NCBI RefSeq assembly: GCF_000021865.1
Contig: NC_014034.1
Span: 1,290,001 to 1,322,000 of the forward strand
DNA length: 32,000 nucleotides
Direction of reading: 5' to 3'
DNA from: Rhodobacter capsulatus SB 1003
GTDB taxonomy: Bacteria > Pseudomonadota > Alphaproteobacteria > Rhodobacterales > Rhodobacteraceae
Shown: positions 25,920 to 32,000 of the stretch, in pieces
Position numbering within the stretch: the stretch's first letter is position 1
Layout: every line of letters begins with the position of its first letter
Translations under genes and position numbers: made by a program
Notes under the pieces: model-generated
Told to the model about the DNA's origin: nothing
The model's input: only the letters and a program-made list of their open reading frames with translations
Databases searched by the model: none

Positions 25920-27023
25920 TTGACTGCGACAACGATCGACGAAGGATTCGTCGTCTTCGACCATGTGCAGAAAAGCTATGACGGCGAGACGCTCGTCGTC
26001 AAAGACCTGAACCTGTCGATTGCGAAGGGCGAATTTCTGACCAAGCTCGGACCTTCGGGCTCCGGCAAGACCACCTGCCTGATGATGCTTGCGGGCTTCG
26101 AGACGGCGACGAACGGGCGCATCCTGCTCGATGGCACCAACATCAACGAACTGCCGCCGCACAAGCGCGGCATCGGGATGGTGTTCCAGAACTATGCGCT
26201 GTTCCCGCACATGACGGTGGCGGAAAACCTGTCCTTCCCGCTGGAAGTCCGCGGCATGGGCAAGGCCGAGCGCGAGGCCAAGGTGATGCGCGCGCTTGAC
26301 ATGGTGCAGATGGGCAAATTCGCCAACCGCCGTCCGGCGCAGATGTCGGGCGGGCAGCAGCAGCGCGTGGCGCTGGCCCGCGCGCTGGTCTTCGATCCGG
26401 CGCTGGTCCTGATGGACGAACCGCTCGGCGCGCTCGACAAGCAGCTGCGCGAGCACATGCAGTTCGAAATCAAGCACCTGCATGACAGCCTGGGCCTGAC
26501 CGTCGTTTATGTGACGCATGATCAGGGCGAGGCGCTGACGATGTCGGACCGCGTCGCCGTGTTCAACGACGGCCGGATCCAGCAGCTGGCGCCGCCCGAC
26601 GAACTTTACGAACGCCCGAAGAACAGCTTCGTCGCGGGCTTCATCGGCGAGAACAACAAGCTGCCCGGCACGGTCGAGGAGCTGGACGGCGAAAAATGCC
26701 TGGTGCGGCTCGCCACGGGCGAGATCATCGACGCGACGCCGGTCAACATCCGCCACAAGGGACAGGAGACGCTGGTCTCGATCCGTCCCGAACGGGTGGA
26801 ATTCAAGCCCGAGATGATGCCGCCGGGCGCCCACATGATCGATGCCGAAGTGCTGGAAGTGATCTACATGGGCGACATCTTCCGCACCCGGATGAAGGTT
26901 GCGGGCAGCACGGATTTCGTGATGAAATCGCGCAACACGATCGGCCAGACCAAGCTGCATCCCGGTCAGCACGTGAAGATCGGCTGGCATCCGGCCGATG
27001 CGCGGGCGCTTGATCCGATGTAG
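25920..27023 (+). CDS. ABC transporter ATP-binding protein, PotA/spermidine-putrescine importer type
   Basis: 367 aa from a TTG start (no upstream ATG; GGGGAG 7 nt upstream). Walker A GPSGSGKTT, signature MSGGQQQRVALARAL, Walker B LVLMDEP, and a C-terminal TOBE-like regulatory domain. Confidence 0.9.
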   Translation: MTATTIDEGFVVFDHVQKSYDGETLVVKDLNLSIAKGEFLTKLGPSGSGKTTCLMMLAGFETATNGRILLDGTNINELPPHKRGIGMVFQNYALFPHMTVAENLSFPLEVRGMGKAEREAKVMRALDMVQMGKFANRRPAQMSGGQQQRVALARALVFDPALVLMDEPLGALDKQLREHMQFEIKHLHDSLGLTVVYVTHDQGEALTMSDRVAVFNDGRIQQLAPPDELYERPKNSFVAGFIGENNKLPGTVEELDGEKCLVRLATGEIIDATPVNIRHKGQETLVSIRPERVEFKPEMMPPGAHMIDAEVLEVIYMGDIFRTRMKVAGSTDFVMKSRNTIGQTKLHPGQHVKIGWHPADARALDPM

Positions 27024-27135
27024 GATCGGAACCGAGGGACGACATCCGATGCGGCGAGCCCGCCGCATCACCGCAAAGCGGGGGAACATCCGCAGGCGGA
27101 ACCACCAACAGAGCAACCAACAAGGGAGTAACCTC

Positions 27136-28209
27136 ATGAAGAAACTTCTGATCGTCACCACGGCGCTGGTCGGCGTCTCGGCCGCCGCGCAGGCGGGGGA
27201 ACTCAACGTCGTGTCCTGGGGCGGGTCCTATACGGTCAGCCAGGTCGAGGCCTATCACAAGCCCTTCACCGCGATGACCGGCGTCAAGATCAACTCGATC
27301 GATGCCGACAACCCGGCGACGCCGCTCAAGGCGCAGGCCGAGGCGGGCAACGTCACCATCGATCTGGCCGATGTCGAGCTGTCGGATGCGATCAAGATGT
27401 GCGACGAGGGCCTGCTCGAGCCGATCGATCCGGCGATCCTGCCGCCCGCGCCCGATGGCACCCCGGCGACCGAGGATTTCGTGCCGGGCGCGATCCAGGA
27501 TTGCGCCGTGGCCAGCATCGTCTGGGCGACCGTCATCGCCTATGACAAGACCAAGGTCGGCGATGTCGTGCCGACGACGGTGGCCGATTTCTTCGACACC
27601 ACGAAATATCCGGGCAAGCGCGGCATGCTGAAAGCGGCCAAGCGCACGCTGGAACTGGCGCTTTATGCCGATGGCGTCGCCCCCGACCAGATCTATGAAG
27701 TGCTGGGCACCGACGAGGGCGTGAAACGCGCTCTGGCGAAGCTCGACACCATCAAGAAAGACATCGTCTGGTGGGAAGCCGGGGCGCAGCCGCCGCAACT
27801 GCTCGCCGATGGCGAGGTGGTGATGACGAACGGCTACAACGGCCGCTTCTTCGCCGCCGAAGTCGCCGAGGGCAAGCCCTTCGGCACGGTCTGGGACGGC
27901 TCCTACATGGATTATGACCTCTGGGTGATCCCGAAGGGCGCGCCGAACCTGGAAGATGCGAAGAAATTCCTCGCCTTCTCGACCGATACCCAGCGTCTGG
28001 CCGATCAGGCGAAATGGATCTCCTACGGTCCGGCGCGGAAATCCTCGAACGCGCTGGTCGGGCTTTACCAGGACGGCAAGACCGAAATGGCGCCCTACAT
28101 GCCGACCAGCCCGGAAAACATGAAATCGCCGATCTGGACCGACCCGACCTTCTGGGCCGACCACGACACCGAGCTGAACGAAAAGTTCAACGCCTGGCTG
28201 GCTGGCTGA
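27136..28209 (+). CDS. ABC transporter periplasmic substrate-binding protein, PotD/PotF-like
   Basis: Start trimmed to ATG 27136 (AGGGAG SD). Sec signal MKKLLIVTTALVGVSAAAQA. ELNVVSWGGSY... is typical of the family 1 polyamine-type SBP. Substrate unknown. Confidence 0.85.
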   Translation: MKKLLIVTTALVGVSAAAQAGELNVVSWGGSYTVSQVEAYHKPFTAMTGVKINSIDADNPATPLKAQAEAGNVTIDLADVELSDAIKMCDEGLLEPIDPAILPPAPDGTPATEDFVPGAIQDCAVASIVWATVIAYDKTKVGDVVPTTVADFFDTTKYPGKRGMLKAAKRTLELALYADGVAPDQIYEVLGTDEGVKRALAKLDTIKKDIVWWEAGAQPPQLLADGEVVMTNGYNGRFFAAEVAEGKPFGTVWDGSYMDYDLWVIPKGAPNLEDAKKFLAFSTDTQRLADQAKWISYGPARKSSNALVGLYQDGKTEMAPYMPTSPENMKSPIWTDPTFWADHDTELNEKFNAWLAG

Positions 28210-28228
28210 TCGCCTGATCTGAGTGTTT

Positions 28229-28252
28229 CAGGACGGGGGCAACCCCGTCCTG
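28229..28252 (+). promoter_or_regulatory. intercistronic stem-loop after the SBP gene
   Basis: CAGGACGGGG-GCAA-CCCCGTCCTG, a 10-bp perfect stem, followed by a second weaker hairpin around 28262-28284. Confidence 0.4.
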
Positions 28253-28310
28253 TCCTGCCGCCGACCGCAGCCCGCTGCGGCGGGGCATCGTTCCATGACC
28301 GGGGAACCGA

Positions 28311-29576
28311 ATGACCGACGCAACCGCTGACCTTTCCCATGCGCCTCTGACCACCGCCGACGGCCGCCCGCTCAAGGCGGCGCTGGCCGAATCCCTGGCC
28401 GTGCGCCGCCGCCGTGCCTTACTGCTCGTTGCGCCGCTCTTTCTGTTCATCCTGATCAGCTTCATCGTGCCGATCGGACAGATGCTGTTCAAATCCGTCT
28501 ACAATGACGGCTTTTCCGCCAATGTCCCCGCGCTGAGCGCCTGGTTCGACGCCCATCCGCCCGGCAGCGCCATCGACGAGACCGCCTATGCCGCGCTGCA
28601 GGCCGATCTGGTCGGGATGAAGCGCAACAAGACCGCGGGCGTCGCGGGCACCCGGATCAATTACGACGTCGCCGGGACGCGCTCGCTCTTCACCGCGGGG
28701 GCGCGCGGCGCCGACAAGATGAAGCCGCCCTACAAGGAGGCCTTCCTCAAGCTGGACAAGAAATGGGCCGATCCGAATGTCTGGCGCGCGATGCGCTCGG
28801 CCGCCTCGCCCTTCACGATGGATTTCTATCTGGCCGCGAACGATCTCAAGCGCGACGAGGCGGGCGCGATCGTCGCGGTCCCCGAGGGGCAGGCGGTCTA
28901 CAAGAAGCTGATGCTGCGCACGCTGACGCTGTCTTTGGAAATCACCGCGATCTGCCTTTTGATCGGCTTTCCGATCGCCCATCTGCTGGCCACCCTGCCG
29001 ATGCGCAAGGCGATGCTGTTGATGATCTTCGTGCTCTTGCCGTTCTGGACCTCGCTTCTGGTGCGCACGACCGCCTGGATGGTGCTGTTGCAGCAACAGG
29101 GCGTGCTGAACGATCTGCTGGTCTGGCTGGGCGTGATCGATGACAAGGGCCGCATCCAGATGATCTACAACGAGATGGGGACGATCATCGCGATGACCCA
29201 TATCCTGTTGCCCTTCACCATCCTGCCGCTTTATTCGGTGATGAAGACGATCCCGCCCAGCTATGTCCGCGCCGCCCGGTCGCTGGGGGCGACCTCCTGG
29301 ACCGCCTTCCGCCGGGTCTATCTGCCGCAGACGCTGCCGGGCGTGGGGGCGGGGGGGCTTTTGGTCTTCATCCTGGCGATGGGCTATTACATCACCCCGG
29401 CGCTGGTCGGCGGGGCGGACGGTCAGATGATCTCGAACCTGATCGCCTTCCACATGCAGAAATCGCTGAACTGGTCGCTGGCCGCCGCCTTGGCCGCGCA
29501 GCTGCTGATCGTCGTGCTGATCTTCTTCTGGATCTACGACCGCATCGTCGGCATCGACAAGATGAAGCTCGGCTGA
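28311..29576 (+). CDS. ABC transporter permease (PotB-like) with a large periplasmic loop
   Basis: 421 aa. TM1 lies at about aa 37-57, followed by a roughly 140-aa hydrophilic insert. The BPD_transp_1 core and EAA-like region follow (YVRAARSLGATSWTAFRRVYLPQTLPG). Confidence 0.85.
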   Translation: MTDATADLSHAPLTTADGRPLKAALAESLAVRRRRALLLVAPLFLFILISFIVPIGQMLFKSVYNDGFSANVPALSAWFDAHPPGSAIDETAYAALQADLVGMKRNKTAGVAGTRINYDVAGTRSLFTAGARGADKMKPPYKEAFLKLDKKWADPNVWRAMRSAASPFTMDFYLAANDLKRDEAGAIVAVPEGQAVYKKLMLRTLTLSLEITAICLLIGFPIAHLLATLPMRKAMLLMIFVLLPFWTSLLVRTTAWMVLLQQQGVLNDLLVWLGVIDDKGRIQMIYNEMGTIIAMTHILLPFTILPLYSVMKTIPPSYVRAARSLGATSWTAFRRVYLPQTLPGVGAGGLLVFILAMGYYITPALVGGADGQMISNLIAFHMQKSLNWSLAAALAAQLLIVVLIFFWIYDRIVGIDKMKLG

Positions 29577-29588
29577 GAGGACGCACCC

Positions 29589-30542
29589 ATGGCCCTTCCC
29601 GTCTACGCAAGCCCGCTCGAAAAGCTGTGGCACTACACCTATCTGGTGCTTTGCGCGCTGATCCTATTGTTCCTGATCGCGCCGATCATCATCGTGATCC
29701 CGCTCAGCTTCAACGCCGAGCCCTATTTCACCTTCACCGAGAAGATGATGACGCTCGATCCCGCGGGCTATTCGCTGCGCTGGTATGACAGCCTGATCAC
29801 CTTCGGGATGCAGAACCCCGAGGCGCCGCGCGACATGGCCTTCTGGTGGGATTTCTGGCAGAATGCGACCTGGGTGCAGGTGACGAAACATTCGGTGATC
29901 ATCGGGGTTTTCGCCACGCTGATCTCGGCCGGGCTGGGCACCATCGCGGCGCTGGGCCTGACGCGGCCCGAAATGCCCTGGCGCAAGCAGATCACCGCCG
30001 TCCTGATCTCGCCGATGATCGTGCCGATCATCATTTCGGCCACCGGGATGTTCTTCTTCTACTCCGGGCAATGGGTGCCGGGGATCGACGCGCAGGGCCG
30101 GTTCGAATGGGGCCGTCTGGCGGGCACCTATCCGGGCATCATCCTGGCCCATGCGGCTTTGGGCATTCCCTTCGTCATCATCACGGTGACGGCGACGCTT
30201 TCGGGCTTCGATCAGTCGCTGGTCCGGGCCGCGGCCTCGCTTGGCGCCAACCCGCGCACGGCCTTCTTCCGGGTGCAGATGCCGCTGATCATGCCGGGCG
30301 TGGTCTCGGGCGGGCTCTTCGCCTTTGTCACCTCGTTTGACGAGGTGGTGGCGGTGCTCTTCATCGCGGCCAATGACCAGCAGACGATCCCGCGGCAGAT
30401 GTGGAACGGCATCCGCGAACAGATCAGCCCGGCGATCCTGGCGGTGGCGACGCTTCTGGTGATCATCTCGGTGGCGCTTTTGACCGTGGTGGAACTGCTG
30501 CGCCGCCGCTCGGAACGGCTGCGCGGCATGAGCCCGGCCTGA
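29589..30542 (+). CDS. ABC transporter permease (PotC-like)
   Basis: 317 aa multi-pass protein with an EAA loop (LVRAAASLGANPRTAFFRVQMPLIMPG). Confidence 0.88.
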   Translation: MALPVYASPLEKLWHYTYLVLCALILLFLIAPIIIVIPLSFNAEPYFTFTEKMMTLDPAGYSLRWYDSLITFGMQNPEAPRDMAFWWDFWQNATWVQVTKHSVIIGVFATLISAGLGTIAALGLTRPEMPWRKQITAVLISPMIVPIIISATGMFFFYSGQWVPGIDAQGRFEWGRLAGTYPGIILAHAALGIPFVIITVTATLSGFDQSLVRAAASLGANPRTAFFRVQMPLIMPGVVSGGLFAFVTSFDEVVAVLFIAANDQQTIPRQMWNGIREQISPAILAVATLLVIISVALLTVVELLRRRSERLRGMSPA

Positions 30543-30570
30543 GACGGCCTGCCAGATCCGAACCGCAGAA

Positions 30571-30597
30571 AGGGGGGCTGTCTGCCCCCCTCTTTTG
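30571..30597 (+). terminator. rho-independent terminator of the ABC importer operon
   Basis: AGGGGGGC-TGTCT-GCCCCCCT followed by CTTTTGC. Confidence 0.65.
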
Positions 30598-30604
30598 CTG
30601 CGCA

Positions 30605-30726
30605 AAATTCACCCCCCGAGGATATTTGAAGCAAGGTGAAACTGAAAGGCAGGGCTGCGCTGCCCTTCATCTTGCCACAAATATCCCGGGGGGAGTCCCG
30701 CAGGGACGGGGGCAGCGCCCCCTTGC
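30605..30726. repeat. REP/MITE-like intergenic repeat, locus D (inverted pair plus tail modules)
   Basis: CACCCCCCGAGGATATTTGAAGCAAGGTGAAA (30610-30641) and CTTCATCTTGCCACAAATATCCCGGGGGGAG (30665-30695) are inverted copies. The tail holds GTCCC-GCA-GGGAC (30695-30707) and GGGGGC-AGC-GCCCCC (30708-30722). Confidence 0.8.
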
Positions 30727-31677
30727 TTACGGCAGGATCGCGAGCCAGACCCAGATCGACAGGATCGAGAGCGCGGTGGCAATCAGCACGCTCGACGCCG
30801 CCACCCTTTGCGCCGTGCCGTAAAGGTTCGCAAACAGATAGGCATTGACCCCCGGCGCCATCGCCGCCGTCAGCACCGCCGAGCGCAGACCGGCCGTCGG
30901 CACGTCAAAGACGCCATGCGCCAGCCCGTAAGCGATGCCCGGATGCACGATCAGCGACAGGCCCGTGACCATGGCGATGGCGCGCAGGTCGCCCTCGGGC
31001 CGGTAGCGCAAGAGCACTCCGCCCAGACCGAACAGCGCCGCGGGCAGCGCCGCCTTGGCGATCATCTCCATCGCCGCCATCAGCGGCCCGGGCAGCGGCT
31101 GGCCGGTCAGCGCCGAAACGGCCTGCAGCGCGAAGCCGCAGAGGATCCCGATGACGAGCGGCGTGCGCAGGATGCCAACGAGCGCGTTCCACCCCACGCG
31201 CGAGAGCCCCGCCCCGGTGCCGTGCGAGCGCACCCATTCCATCGCCACGATCCCCACCGTGTAGAAAAACGGCGAGTGAAACGAGATGATGGCGAAATTG
31301 CCCGCCAGCGCGTCGGGGCCATAGGCGCGTTCGGTGATCGGCACGCCGAGCAGCAGCGAGTTCGAGAACATGCAGGCAAAGCCGATCGCCACCGCATCCG
31401 GGCCGCTGCGTTTCAGCCAGAGCCGCGCCGCAAGGCCGCCGATGGCGAAACAGGCCAGCGCGCCCGCGTAGAAGGACAGCATCGGTCCGGGGTCGTAGCT
31501 GGCGCTCAGGTCCAGCGTCGCGATCGAGCGCGCCAGCAGCACGGGCACGGCGAAATTCTGCGCGAAACGCATCAGCCCCTCGACCGCGGGGGCGCTGAAA
31601 AGCCCTTTCCACGCCACCAGATAGCCAAAGCCGATCACCAGAAAGACCGGCAGGATGACGTCGATCAGCGCCGACAT
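30727..31677 (-). CDS. AEC (auxin efflux carrier) family membrane transporter
   Basis: 316 aa, about 10 TM helices. MSALIDVILPVFLVIGFGYL... and the overall layout are typical of the Mem_trans family. Confidence 0.88.
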   Translation of the reverse strand: MSALIDVILPVFLVIGFGYLVAWKGLFSAPAVEGLMRFAQNFAVPVLLARSIATLDLSASYDPGPMLSFYAGALACFAIGGLAARLWLKRSGPDAVAIGFACMFSNSLLLGVPITERAYGPDALAGNFAIISFHSPFFYTVGIVAMEWVRSHGTGAGLSRVGWNALVGILRTPLVIGILCGFALQAVSALTGQPLPGPLMAAMEMIAKAALPAALFGLGGVLLRYRPEGDLRAIAMVTGLSLIVHPGIAYGLAHGVFDVPTAGLRSAVLTAAMAPGVNAYLFANLYGTAQRVAASSVLIATALSILSIWVWLAILP

Positions 31678-32000
31678 CAGCAGGGAAGTTCCAGCACCAT
31701 CCCGTCAAAGGCGGCGCGGACATGGGCGGGGGTTTCGCGCTCCAGATCCGAATGGTCGAGGTCGATATGCATGTTCGTCAGCACGGCCTCGCGCGGGCGG
31801 GCGCGGGCGATCCAGTCGAGCGACAGCGCCAGATGCGCATGGCTGGGGTGGGGCTTGCGGCGCAGCGCATCCAGCACCCAGATGTCGAGATCCTGCAGGC
31901 AGTCCCAGGCGTCGTCGGGAATGGCCGATACATCGGGCAGATAGGCCAGACCGCCGATGCGGAACCCCAGCGCCGGGATGTTGCCGTGCTCGACCCGGAA
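31677..32000 (-). CDS. MBL-fold metallo-hydrolase (PhnP-like), C-terminal 107 codons; the N-terminus is off the right edge
   Basis: My translation from 32000 downward, in frame with the 66-aa track ORF, reads FRVEHGNIPALGFRIGGLAYLPDVSAIPDDAWDCLQDLDIWVLDALRRKPHPSHAHL.... This resembles the C-terminal half of PhnP-type beta-lactamase-fold hydrolases. Its stop overlaps the AEC start (ATGA at 31675-31679). Confidence 0.7.
   Translation of the reverse strand, partial: FRVEHGNIPALGFRIGGLAYLPDVSAIPDDAWDCLQDLDIWVLDALRRKPHPSHAHLALSLDWIARARPREAVLTNMHIDLDHSDLERETPAHVRAAFDGMVLELPC

Overview
High-GC alphaproteobacterial chromosome. It is almost certainly Rhodobacter capsulatus or a very close relative, because the 21814-22227 (-) product matches the cytochrome c2 sequence of that species as I remember it. 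The window is mostly core metabolism. Left to right it holds: ilvC (partial); two overlapping Lrp/AsnC regulator genes; the urease cluster ureDABC, one small opposite-strand ORF, then ureEFG; the urea ABC importer urtABCDE; a UbiH-family flavin monooxygenase; three tandem mini membrane-protein paralogs; a HAD nucleotidase; a GntR/FCD regulator; a membrane family-2 glycosyltransferase with an N-terminal MshEN-like module; carA; a VOC/glyoxalase protein; cycA; lipB; tRNA-Leu(GAG); a large RTX plus Hint (bacterial intein-like) protein; a PotABCD-like ABC importer; an AEC-family transporter; and a partial MBL-fold hydrolase. I see no CRISPR array, IS element, integrase, prophage or recognisable defence system. 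The items most worth a second look are: (1) a REP/MITE-like structured repeat family at four intergenic loci; (2) the three paralogous 60-72 aa two-helix membrane proteins; (3) the MshEN-like/GT2 fusion as a candidate c-di-GMP-gated polysaccharide synthase; (4) the RTX-Hint protein with no secretion genes nearby; (5) the strand ambiguity of the ORF that splits the urease cluster. All calls rest on reading the sequence and the ORF track and on motif recognition. No database search was possible.
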